Below are positions 51,175 through 61,237 of a stretch of DNA of 64,000 nucleotides, one piece after another; position 1 is the stretch's first letter, and each line of letters opens with the position of its first letter. A program made the position numbers and the translations under genes. Origin of the DNA: Eledone cirrhosa (lineage: Eukaryota); the NCBI GenBank assembly GCA_964016885.1, contig OZ024757.1:35774001-35838000 (forward strand), given 5' to 3'. The notes below the pieces were generated by a model. The model was not told the DNA's origin. It ran no database searches and saw nothing but the letters and a program-made list of their open reading frames with translations.

Positions 51175-51226
51175 TATTCTCTGATGGTTCCAGACATTTG
51201 TCTGGAAGAAACGATTGTTAGCAATT
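51175..51226 (+). ncRNA. Degenerate hammerhead ribozyme motif (Penelope-type)
   Basis: CTGATGG (A9 to G), TTCCAGAC-ATTT-GTCTGGAA (perfect stem II), GAAA, CGATTG (near-palindromic), TT. Confidence 0.45.
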
Positions 51227-51338
51227 AACTGCATCAAACAAAAATTTGATTGTTTTCTATGTTATATATATATATTTAATTAGAAAGTGAACAACACAAG
51301 ATATAACTACTCCATTACCAAAGGTTTCTGGATCCCAA

Positions 51339-51690
51339 ATTATAAAGATATTTTCCATTTATTAATATTGTTAATATATATATATATATATTAACAATAT
51401 TAATAAATGGAAAATATCTTTATAATACAATATTTATTTTATTATACGTATTTCAAGGATACAAAATTTTAGTGTGCTAAGGTATGTCAATATCGTAACA
51501 CCAAATATTATATTTTATCTGATGAAAGCACACTAAAATTTTGTGTCTTTGAAATACGTATAATAAAATAAATATGGTATTATAAAGATATTTTCCATTT
51601 ATTAATATTGTATGTAATACTCCAGACAAATCTGTAGAGTGCTTCAAATCTGTTACAAAATTAACTTTGTTGAATGATAATCAACAAACC
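51339..51690. mobile_element. Penelope-like pseudo-LTR fragments in direct and inverted arrangement
   Basis: ATTATAAAGATATTTTCCATTTATTAATATTG occurs at 51339 (+), about 51395-51426 (-) and about 51579 (+). 51395-51478 is an inverted copy of 51527-51610. Confidence 0.65.
51511..51570 (+). ncRNA. Minimal type I hammerhead ribozyme (Penelope-type)
   Basis: Stem I TATTTTAT/ATAAAATA; core CTGATGA 51519-51525; stem II AAGCACAC/GTGTCTTT (one mismatch, one G-U); GAAA; palindromic TACGTA; predicted cleavage after AUA at 51562. Confidence 0.7.
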
Positions 51691-52012
51691 ATATAACTCA
51701 TTGTTTACATATATATATGTGTGTGTGTGTACATATATACACATACATATATATATGCATATCTATATACACATACAAGTGCTTTTTGTCATGGCACCAG
51801 CATTATCACCTTACATGGTTGACTGGGTGTTTTGTTGTACCATACTGGGTGTTTTGTTGTACCATACTGCCACTTTACAGAGCATACTGGGTGTTTTGAT
51901 GTACCAGTACTAGTGTACTTTCGTATTGCTAGAAACTCCCCATTGTCTGAGTTGAACCTGATATCACTGCTAGGGTAAATATGAACATACCAGTCGTGCT
52001 TTGCTATGGTAA

Positions 52013-52620
52013 ATCACCGTTTAATATCTGTCTTCCACGCTAGCATAGGTACGACGAGCTGTCCCTTTGTGAGGGGTCAGGTCGGGGACCATGATTCGCT
52101 CACAAAAACTGATTTGGGCTTGCTTTCTATGGCTGGATGCCCTTCCTAACACCAACCTCATTTAGTGACACCTACGTGACCACTTTACAGTGTGGACTGG
52201 GTGCTTTTTGTTGTGACACCTACATGACAACTTTACAGTGTGGACTGGGTGCTTTTTGTTGTGACACCTACATGACAACTTTACAGTGTGGACTGGGTGC
52301 TTTTTGTTGTGACACCTACATGACAACTTTACAGTATGGACTGGGTGCTTTTTGTTGTGACACCTACATGACAACTTTACAGTGTGGACTGGGTGCTTTT
52401 TGTTGTGACACCTACATGACAACTTTACAGTGTGGACTGGGTGCTTTTTGTTGTGACACCTACAACATGACCACTTTACAGTGTAGACTGGGTGCTTTTT
52501 GTCGTGACACCTACACGACCACTTTACAGTGTGGACTGGGTACCTTTTGTCATGACACCTATACGACCACTATAGTGTGGGTTGGGCTCTTTTGTCGTGG
52601 CTCCAGTGGGGATCACTTTA
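52013..52620 (-). mobile_element. SINE family B with expanded internal minisatellite
   Basis: Tail CACCGTTTAATATCTGTCTTCCACGCTAGCAT, then GGCTGGATGCCCTTCCTAACACCAACC, then the 48-bp array. Confidence 0.7.
52167..52600. repeat. 48-bp minisatellite, about 9 copies
   Basis: Unit GACACCTACATGACAACTTTACAGTGTGGACTGGGTGCTTTTTGTTGT starts at 52167, 52215, 52263 and so on. One 51-bp variant. Confidence 0.95.
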
Positions 52621-52749
52621 TAGAAGAGGCTGGGAACTTTGGAGGGGTGGGGAAGATGCTTTTGGAAATTGGGAACATAGGTATAAGGGAAGTGAGATGG
52701 TAAGGAATGGTGTTGCCTACTAGGTATATGCCATCACCTGAGAATAATA

Positions 52750-53150
52750 GAGGGTGTGTCTTCTGTAATACTTCAAAGCACCAGAGGTCGCGGTCCTGTG
52801 CCATCGCCTTAATGAGGTGTAATTGAGTAAAGTCAGCTCTTATTACCTCATCCCAAGTCTTCCTCGGCCTGCCTGCATCACGGCTACCATCAACCTTTAA
52901 TGCTCTGCACCTTTTAATACAGCTGTCATCCTTCATATGCATCACGTGTCCATACCAACACAATCTGATCTCTCTTATGCCTAATTTCATGCATTGTTCA
53001 TTTATGCTTTCCCATTCGCATATATTGCTATTGCACATCCAGCGAAGCATGGAGGCTTCATTTCTTTCCCATCTTCGCTGGTACTCTACACAAAGAGCCC
53101 AGGTTTCACTGCTGTGCAACATTGTTGTTGTTATACATGCATCATTTTGA
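52750..53150 (-). mobile_element. RTE LINE 3' relic
   Basis: LHSSETWAL...ERNEASMLRWMC...RLCWYGHVMHM...GRPRKTW are RTE RT C-terminal motifs. Confidence 0.85.
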
Positions 53151-53692
53151 GGGAAAAACCTTTTGGTTATATTTTGGTGTCACTGCTGTGGTAAATATAA
53201 ACATACCAGATATATTTTGGTGTCACTGCTATGGTAAATATAAACATACCAGCTATATTTTGCCAGATATTCCCAACTATCTCTGATACACAAGATGCTA
53301 CCCCTGCCCTCATACCCTCAATGGTTATTTCAACCATGTAACTCTTATCCTCAATGGTTGGTCTCCTCTGGTAAGTCAACAGGAGTCTACATGGGAGGAG
53401 TTTCTTTTTCTCCTAACCCATCCATATTCAAGACACATGAGAACAGTGAGGGGTAAGTATACAATTGTTATTCTCAAAGCAACCATCACCATCGTAATTT
53501 AACATCCATTTTCCACGTTTTCTTGGGTGAGATGAGTTATGAGACAAGTCAGGTCCACACCACGTCTTGCCCGTATGGAACTGTATTTCAATGTCAATAT
53601 TAATATCATACATTGATTTTCTATCTTATGTCTGATCCTCTTGTCACAGAGCATTGATGGCTATCATTTTCTTCTAGCTCAGCTATTTACCC

Positions 53693-54200
53693 ATATCATC
53701 GTTTTTACTTGCTTGCATGGGTTGGGCAGGTCCTTTCTAGCATAGCATCACGTTCCTTTGTCATCTCCTCTGTGAGTCTCGGTGATTTGAGGTCAGCTCT
53801 CACCACTTTCATCCAGGTCTTCTGGCACTTCTTCACCCAGCAATCATCCATGCACATCATGTCCATACCAATGCAGTCTTCTCTCATGCACACCACTTTC
53901 AACCCAGTTTTTCCCTCATCCAATGAAGCATGGTTGCTTCATTTCTCTCCAGCTTGTGCATGGTCTCTTTAGTCACTGCCCATGTTTCACTACCATACAA
54001 CATTGCACTTCACACACAGTCGTCCTTTTCTACATAAGGAGAAACCTTTTTTTCCCAATCTCTTTTCTACCTTAGACAACAATAACATTTTAATATTCCT
54101 TGCTAATGCAGGGGCCATCACATGCTTCTCACTTTGTCCTATTATCTGCAGCACCCCTCCTCTTCACATCATCTTTCTCCATGTCTTGGTCTTCTCTATG
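53693..54200 (-). mobile_element. RTE LINE 3' relic with (ATG)n tail
   Basis: Minus frame ...KTWMKVVRADLKS.RLTEEMTKER, followed by CCCAACCCATGCAAGCAAGTAAAAACGATGAT, the tail shared with SINE family B. Confidence 0.65.
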
Positions 54201-54204
54201 GAGC

Positions 54205-55140
54205 TAGGCTGAAAAGTTCATAGGTTGATTATGAAGGAGTGATGCTAGAACTGTGAAATCTTGCATGCATTAATTTCAACTCATCATCATTGTTTAATGT
54301 CCATTTTCCATGCTAACATGGGTAGGACAAGCTGTCTCTTTGGGAGAGATCAAGTCGGAGGACTATATTTTGCTTACACAGGGCTGATTTAAGCTTGGTT
54401 TCTACAACTGGATGTACTTCCTAACGCCAACCACATTTACACTGTGTGCTGGGAGCCTTTTGTCGTGACACTTACATGACCACTTTATAGCGTAGACTGG
54501 GTACTTTTGTATTGATACATACATGACCACTTTATAGCGTGGACTGGGCACTTTTATCTTGACACATACATTACCACTATACAGGGTGGTCTGAGACACT
54601 TTTGCCATGGCTCCAGAGGGACCATTTCATGGTGTGGGACAAGAAATTGAGGACATAGGTAATAGGAGAGGGGTGGTTACAGCAAAGGGAGAGGAGGTAG
54701 TAGAGAGATGTGTTGCCTATTAGATATATTCCTGTAGTACTGTATAGCACCATAGGTCGCGGTCATTACCTTGGTGAGGTGTAATTGTGTAAGGTCAGCT
54801 TTTATTACCTTATCCCAAGTCTTCCTACGCCTGCCCACTCCATGGCTACCATCAACATTGAACGCTCTGCACCCTTTTATACAGCTGTCATCCTTCATAT
54901 GCATTTGGTCATTCCATGAAGGAGTGATGCTAGAGCTGTGAAATCTTGCATGCTTCATTTCAAATTTTCTTATTAATAACTGCATTGTTACTTCTTAGGG
55001 TCTGTTGAAAAATAAACCTCATTTGGTCATTCCATGAGAGTATCTTGGTCAGCCTATGAACCTTTTAGCCAACCAATGTATGTTGAAAAATATATCTCAT
55101 TTGGTCATTCCATGAGTATCTTGGTCAGCCGACCCACGTA
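54205..55140 (+). mobile_element. Mariner-like MITE copy disrupted by a SINE B/RTE chimeric insertion
   Basis: GGCTGAAAAGTTCATAGG.TGA..ATGAAGGAGTGATGCTAG start (54205-54282). Resumes near 54905 and ends TTGGTCAGCC..GACCCACGTA. Homologous to 55741-56087. Confidence 0.6.
54282..54905 (-). mobile_element. SINE family B plus RTE fragment (paralog of 52013-52945)
   Basis: Same order of SINE tail, about 4 diverged 48-bp units, linker and RTE fragment (MHMKDDSCIK.CRA..VDGS...GR.RKTWD.VI.AD.TQLHL). Confidence 0.75.
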
Positions 55141-55370
55141 CTTCCTTCCACATACATTTCCACTATTCCTCTCCCTCAGTTACTTTCAACCTTTCTCAAC
55201 ACATGACCCAGACCTCTCATTCCAGAATATATGTAACAGATATATATAGATATATTTTATTAGTAACCACACAGCGCCTTTGTCACTTTTAATTCATATA
55301 TATTATATCATCATCATCATCGTTTAACGTCCATCTTCCACGCTAGCATGGGTTATATATAATATATATT

Positions 55371-55516
55371 GGATTGGCAGTATCGGTAGAGGGTCAGACG
55401 CCATGCTTTGACACATAGGTTAACTTTGCCTTTCATCCTTACGAGGTCGATAAAATAAAGTACCAGTGGTGCACTGGGGTAATTGGTGGCCTTGTGCCAA
55501 AAGTAGAAACAATTAT
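55371..55516 (+). mobile_element. SINE family A copy (internal deletion)
   Basis: GGATTGGCAGTATCGGTAGAGGGTCAGACGCCATGC...CTTTGCCTTTCATCCTTACGAGGTCGATAAAATAAAGTACCAG...GTAGAAACAATT. Confidence 0.85.
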
Positions 55517-55740
55517 ATATATATATATATCAGTATATAGAAAGTAATGCTTTTATTAACAATATCACTGGTAAATTATCTCAACAATGTAGCCACAGTT
55601 GTGGTTATATAAAATACAGTTCTGACGTTATCACATTCTTATATTTGATTTCCTCTGTGAAAATATGATTTCAGAAGATGTTTAATACATAGAAAGAATT
55701 TTGACATTGTTACAACTTTTCTTGTGAAATAATACTTAAA

Positions 55741-56087
55741 CGAGGGTCAGCTGAAAAGTTCATTGGCTGACACTATGAAGGATTGATGTTAGAGTTGTGA
55801 AATCTTGCATGCATTCATTTCAACTCTTTTTATTAACAACTGTATTGTTACTTCCTAAGGACTATGTGTTGAAAACATTCCAAGAGAGTATATTGGTCAT
55901 CCTATGAACCTTTTAGCCAACCAACGTATGTTGAAAAATATGCCTCATTTGGTCATTCCATGAGAGTATCTTCGTCTTCCTATGAACCTTTTAGCCAACC
56001 AACGTATGTTGAAAAATATACCTCATTTGGTCATTCTATGAGAGTATCAAGATACTCTCAGCCTATGGACCTTTTAGCAGACCCTTG
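55741..56087. mobile_element. Tc1/mariner-like MITE
   Basis: TIRs CGAGGGTCAGCTGAAAAGTTCATTGGCTGA and TCAGCCTATGGACCTTTTAGCAGACCCTTG, with a TA on the right flank. Internal 78-bp tandem unit at 55884, 55962 and 56040. Confidence 0.7.
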
Positions 56088-56132
56088 TATGTGTAATGAA
56101 GTAACTTTTTCAAAAGAATGCATTAGCAGCTA

Positions 56133-57164
56133 TCAGTTACATGATTTTTCTCTTGTATGAATAGAACTGTGTCTAGTTAAGCTGCCGGAGTCAAACAATA
56201 ATTTGCCACAGATATCACACAGGTATGGCTTCTCTCCTGTATGAACACGTTTATGTTTCGTCAGATCATTGCTTTGAGAAAATGATTTGCTACAAATATT
56301 ACAGTGATATGGCTTTTCTCCTGTATGAATACGAATGTGTATTGTTAAGTGACTGCTTCTAGAGAATGATTTACCACATATATCACAGTGATATGGTCTC
56401 TCGCCTGTGTGGACACGCTTGTGAACAGTTAATTCACCACTTCCAGAGAAGGATTTACCACAGATATCACAGTGATATGGTTTCTCTCCTGTGTGAATAT
56501 GTTTGTGAGTAGTTAAGTGACTATTTCTAGAAAATGATTTACCACAGATATCACAGTGATATGGCTTCTCTCGTGTATGAATGCATTTGTGGTTAATTAA
56601 TACAACATTTTGAGAGAATGATTTCCCACAGACATCACAGTGATATGGAGTGTCGCCTGTATGAAGACGTCTGTGTCGAGTCAACTCACTACATCTAGCA
56701 TATAATTTACCACAGATATCACAGTGATATGGTTTCTCTCCTGTATGAATACGTTTGTGTTTAATTAAATCTCCATTTTGGGTGAATGACTTATCACAGA
56801 TATCACAGTGATATGGTTTCTCTCCAGTATGAATACGTTTGTGTTTAGTTAAATCTCCATTTTGAGAGAAGGATTTATCACAGATATCACAATGGTATGG
56901 TTTCTCTCCTGTATGAATGCGTATGTGTTTAGGTAGATTACGCTTTCGAGAGAATAATTTACCACAGATATCACAGTGATATGGAGTCTCTCCTGTACGA
57001 ATAGTTTTGTGAGTGGTTAGATCACCTTTATGAGAGAAAGAACTTTTACTGATATCACAGTGGTATGATGTTTTACCTATCTTTTCTAACATCTCATCAG
57101 GAAAAGCAATACTTTCAGATTCTGTTTTAATTTCAATTCGTTGCTCACATAATTCATTTTCCAT
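56133..57164 (-). CDS. Tandem C2H2 zinc-finger protein (343 aa; 10 intact fingers plus 1 degenerate)
   Basis: ATG at 57164 (MENELCEQRIEIKTESE, similar to [17 protein letters not shown] of gene 1) to stop at 56133. Canonical [15 protein letters not shown] repeats. Confidence 0.92.
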   Translation of the reverse strand: MENELCEQRIEIKTESESIAFPDEMLEKIGKTSYHCDISKSSFSHKGDLTTHKTIRTGETPYHCDICGKLFSRKRNLPKHIRIHTGEKPYHCDICDKSFSQNGDLTKHKRIHTGEKPYHCDICDKSFTQNGDLIKHKRIHTGEKPYHCDICGKLYARCSELTRHRRLHTGDTPYHCDVCGKSFSQNVVLINHKCIHTREKPYHCDICGKSFSRNSHLTTHKHIHTGEKPYHCDICGKSFSGSGELTVHKRVHTGERPYHCDICGKSFSRSSHLTIHIRIHTGEKPYHCNICSKSFSQSNDLTKHKRVHTGEKPYLCDICGKLLFDSGSLTRHSSIHTREKSCN

Positions 57165-57460
57165 AATTATTTCTTCTAGTGTAACCACCTCTTTAGTTTT
57201 TATATCTAACAAATATTTACACCAATTGTAAACTTTGTTGATATATGAAGATGCTGCAAATTCCTTTGTATATTTATCTAAGTTTAATTAGAATGGTAAA
57301 TATTTTTGTACATATTCCACACAGTGAAGTTGAGAAATTCTGCTAACAATTTCAGTTGGCAAATATTTAGGTAATTCTACCATCATCATTTAACATCTGT
57401 TCCAGCAATTAACAGGTGTTGGACTATAAATTTATATAAACAGGATTATATCTGTTCTGT

Positions 57461-57585
57461 ATAACATCTTCCTTTCGTCTTTAAAAGATGATAAATATTG
57501 ATGATGTTTCTGAGGTCAACAATTCTCTTCTTCTGCCAATGTCATCTGATATTCTGAAATATTAAAGAAACAGTATAAGATATAG
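57461..57585 (-). promoter_or_regulatory. Splice acceptor and conserved 5'-UTR exon start of ZNF gene 2, with uORF
   Basis: Reverse complement is CTTATACTGTTTCTTTAATATTTCAG|AATATCAGATGACATTGGCAGAAGAAGAGAATTGTTGA; uORF MTLAEEENC*. Confidence 0.65.
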
Positions 57586-57599
57586 AAGATATATAAAAA

Positions 57600-58605
57600 G
57601 TAGATTCAACAGAGGAAATTTTAATGAAGCTAAAAGACCTTTCACTAAAATATAAATTCAGGAAAGCCCTTCAAGATGTGTATGATGAAAAAGAGGACGA
57701 TTTAGAATCGTATGACATAGATGATAACTGGAATTTCTTACGTGACAACTTACGGCAGGCTACTGAAGAAACTTGCGGCTGAAACAGAGCTCTGACCAGA
57801 CAGAGAGTGACCTGGTGGTGGAACAGCTCAGTAGATGGGACCATTAGAGACAAAAGACTAGCATGGAACGCTTGGAAAAATGGTGGAAGTAGAGACAGAT
57901 ACACAGCCGCTAAGAGAGAAGCTAGGCATCAGGTGTACTTAGCACGCAGGGAGGCTGAGAGTGGAGGTTTGCCAATGTTCTGCAACGGGAAGATCAGAGA
58001 CATGCGGTGTTCTGCATTGCAAGGCAGTGTGTCAGTGAAAATCAGGATGTTGTTGGAGATAAGTATGTCCGAAATGATGCTGGTGTACTTAGTGTCACTA
58101 ATGATAAGAAAAAGTAGGCCTAGAAGTGTCATCATGAGAGACTGATGAGTGTGGAGAACAAATGGGAGAGAAAGAAACTTCCCCCAGTAGACTCAACAGA
58201 GGGACGAGCTATTGAGATTGACAAATATAGGGTCCAAGAGGTAATTAAAGAAATGAAAAATGGTAAGGATAGTTGGGGATAGTTGTTGAGATACTGAAAG
58301 TATCAGAAGTAGGTACAAAACTGGTTGCACGCATTGTCAATCAAGCTATATATGGTGGAGTCACACCCAAAGACTGGTGCAGCAGTATTCTCATAAATTG
58401 CTACAAAGGTAAAGGGGAGGAGCAATTATAGGGGCATAAAACTGACGGATCAGGTTATGAAAGTGGCAGAAAGAATATTAGCGCAACTAATTAGAGAAAG
58501 GATCAAATTAGATGAGATGCAGTTTGGTTTTGTGCCTTGGAAAAGTACAACAGATGCCCTCTTCTTAGTGAGACAACTACAGGAGAGGTTCTTAGAAAAG
58601 AATAA
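57600..58605 (+). mobile_element. RTE LINE relic (EN-RT linker and RT N-terminus)
   Basis: TWWWNSSV..IRDKRLAW..WK, DW..S..INCYKGKG, NYRGIKL, VMKVAERIL...IKLDEMQFGFVP.KSTTDALFLVRQLQE. Frameshifted. Confidence 0.88.
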
Positions 58606-58760
58606 GTCACAGGTGTTGAGGATCCAAAGCTCACATTTGGAGCTATTGACCTGGAGACCCAGGCGGCCAAGCTCCTCAACCATTTTGTTGGCAGTGGCGA
58701 GAACCATATCTGGAGCCGACACAGCTTCTGTGATGTTAAGGCCCTCAGGGAGATTCAATG
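58606..58760 (-). mobile_element. Possible RT fragment of an RLE-type LINE
   Basis: Minus frame EELGRLGLQVNSSKCELW resembles the GL.VN..K.E RT subdomain. Confidence 0.4.
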
Positions 58761-59717
58761 ACTGCACACAGAAGACAATAACAGCAACAACAAATAAACC
58801 AAATATATATAACAGACAATATAGACTATACAACACATATTAAACATATTTTGTATTAGGTTTCTGTGATTTAAATAACGAAATCTCTATTTTCTACTGG
58901 TGTTTGGTTAGCCACATAAAACACCTGGATTAGAAGAGGTTTGTTTTTTACTAGTATAAATTATTTTATTTCAAAATAATCAAATATAATCCCAGGATAA
59001 AATTACATAAAAAATAATTTAATATTTAGTCAAACATAGAAAAAGAAAGTAATATTGGAAAGGACTATAAATGAGAGCGCAAGGATTATTAGGCAACGAA
59101 AGGGAGAATGTGATAGACATGTGGTATTTTGGCTGCACCCCGCGGACAATGGCCACCGACACCCGCTACAACAGCCACCCCCACCTAGTGGGACTCCTTC
59201 TGTAGACGGGTTGCTGTCATTCCGATTTTACGGGGGACGTCTGAGCAGATTTAGATTATTTCCAGGATTGTTATAAATGCTAAGGCAGATCAAACAAAAA
59301 CTGAAGTTTATGAGATAAGACTAAAAACAATTTATATCCTCTTCAGTAGAAGTCTTAGATAGGAAATTTATTTTTGTAGATTTAATATATTAAAGCTACA
59401 AAATTATAATTCCAATCTAAGAACACCTTTGATGATCAAAGATGATCAATGAGGACTGAGAATATAGCTTTTAATGAAAATATAAGGAATCGATAATTAT
59501 CTACTTAGTCAATTTGACTTCACTAAAGCTATGCAGTTTTTAGAATATTTATGAATATGACACATTACAATGACGAAAGAATAAAAGAAGAAACCATTAA
59601 TAAAAGACAATATATACCTCGTAGATATCACAGATGTGATGCTGGTAAAATATGTTGTAGAATAATGAACAATTACTACTATATATAAATATAGAGAGAG
59701 AGACAGACAGATTTTAA

Positions 59718-59883
59718 ATAGGAGATAAGTATAATTACTTTTACACGATTTTATGCTTCGTGTAAAATCGATAATTCAACAGATCGATGGGATGTGATTT
59801 GATTGAAAATATTATTTAGATGTTTTTAATCTTTGACAAGCTAAAACACAACATCCGGTTGAACATGCGCACAACGAAATGTC
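59718..59883 (-). promoter_or_regulatory. Candidate promoter/first exon of ZNF gene 2
   Basis: Minus strand has TGCGCATGTTCA (NRF1/EWG-like) next to CCGGATGT (ETS core). Inverted paralog of 61009-61172. Confidence 0.45.
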
Positions 59884-60124
59884 GTTTATGCAGACGACAA
59901 ATGTACATTTCTATATTTAATCGGCTCCTTTATTGTAAATAAACGTATTATGTCTTCAGACACACACATATATATGTTATCAGCATGTTCAACAGGTTGT
60001 TGTCTTCGAGACTTAATATAATAATGACTCCTATAGGACTAGAACTGTTTCATTTTTATGAAATTATCATTTCCCGATCCCCATTTTATGTAGAAGATAT
60101 GTGGCCAACATTGATGGTCTTCTC

Positions 60125-60655
60125 AGTCAAGAGGATCTCCATTGCACTCTGTGGGTGTCTGAGGTGACGTTGTAGTAGGTGCCTTCACTCCACAGGCAAC
60201 CTTGGTTTGTCCTGCCTGTTGAATGCTGGTCGCTTCACTCGCCACACTGAACTAAACCTCATCATTAAGTGGGCACTAGCTCGGGTAACTATCCCCTCAC
60301 TTCTGGAACCGGCTGGAATATCAAGAAGTGATGGGAAGAGACCATACGACCTTACCCTTTGTCCCTGGGTAAGAGACAGATGTCTCATGTGGGACACCAC
60401 AGTCGGTGACTCTTTTTCTCCCTCTTCATATTATGGACGCCGCAGTAAATGTGAGGGTCGCTGCTTCCGTTACCAAACGGAATAAAATTTGGAAATAACT
60501 GGATTTAACTAATGATTATTTTCTCCAGTCTGAGACGTTTGGTGGAACTGCGTTGCTGACAATGAAGTTCTTTTCATCGCTGGTGGCTCACTTTACTGAG
60601 GTGACAGGTGATGTCCATGAGGGTGCTTGGTTGTTTCAGCACCTTAGCCTGCAGC
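60125..60655 (+). mobile_element. CRE-like non-LTR retrotransposon relic (zinc knuckle plus restriction-like endonuclease)
   Basis: GLSCLLNAGRFTRHTELNLIIKWAL...IPSLLEPAGISRSDGKRPYDLTLCPW...LMWDTTV...ETFG...WLFQHLSL match the RH, KRPD and WD motifs of RLE-type LINEs. Has stops and frameshifts. Confidence 0.78.
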
Positions 60656-61008
60656 ATCCAGCCATGCTTTATGACATCGTTGAGAGCAGCATGGCGCAAA
60701 AGGCGGTCGGAACTGTAGCGACAGGAAAGTGGGTGGAGGCCGAAAGATCTACGGTGGGTCCGCAGCGATATATGTGTGGCTCGCAGATTCAGAGGCCAAT
60801 CTTCAGGGAAACCGCAATGCGCAGGCTAACATTGTCCAGCTGCGTGCTCGTAGAAAAGGAGGATAAGGAATGGAGCCAAGCACCGCTGTGGGGTTGTGAG
60901 GGCGCGCGAAAACATGCGAGGTCTACAATAAAAGACAGCGAAAAGAAACACGGAGAGAGCATTTATAAATTATTTAATAAGAATTATCACAAAACATCCC
61001 TTTTTACT

Positions 61009-61172
61009 GATATTTCGTTTTGCGCATGTGCAACCGGATGTTGTGTTCAGGCTTGTCATGGATTAAGAACTGTTAAGTAATATTTTCAATTAAATCACAT
61101 TGCATCGATCTGTAGTATTATCGTTTTAGCATGAAACAAAGGTATGAGAAAATAGTCCTTCTTATCTGCTAT
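61009..61172 (+). promoter_or_regulatory. Candidate promoter/first exon of a rightward gene beyond the window
   Basis: TGCGCATGTGCA (61021) plus CCGGATGT (61034), with a donor-like AAG|GTATGA at 61141/61142. Confidence 0.45.
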
Positions 61173-61237
61173 GATATATATATATGTGTATGTATGTATG
61201 GTAATAATGTACAACACATATGGTCAACCTCTTTTCT

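Noticed and set aside
52137-52703. 188-aa Cys-rich repeat ORF (DTYMTTLQCGLGAFCC)n
   Set aside because: Translation of a 48-bp minisatellite inside a SINE; the unit length is simply a multiple of 3.
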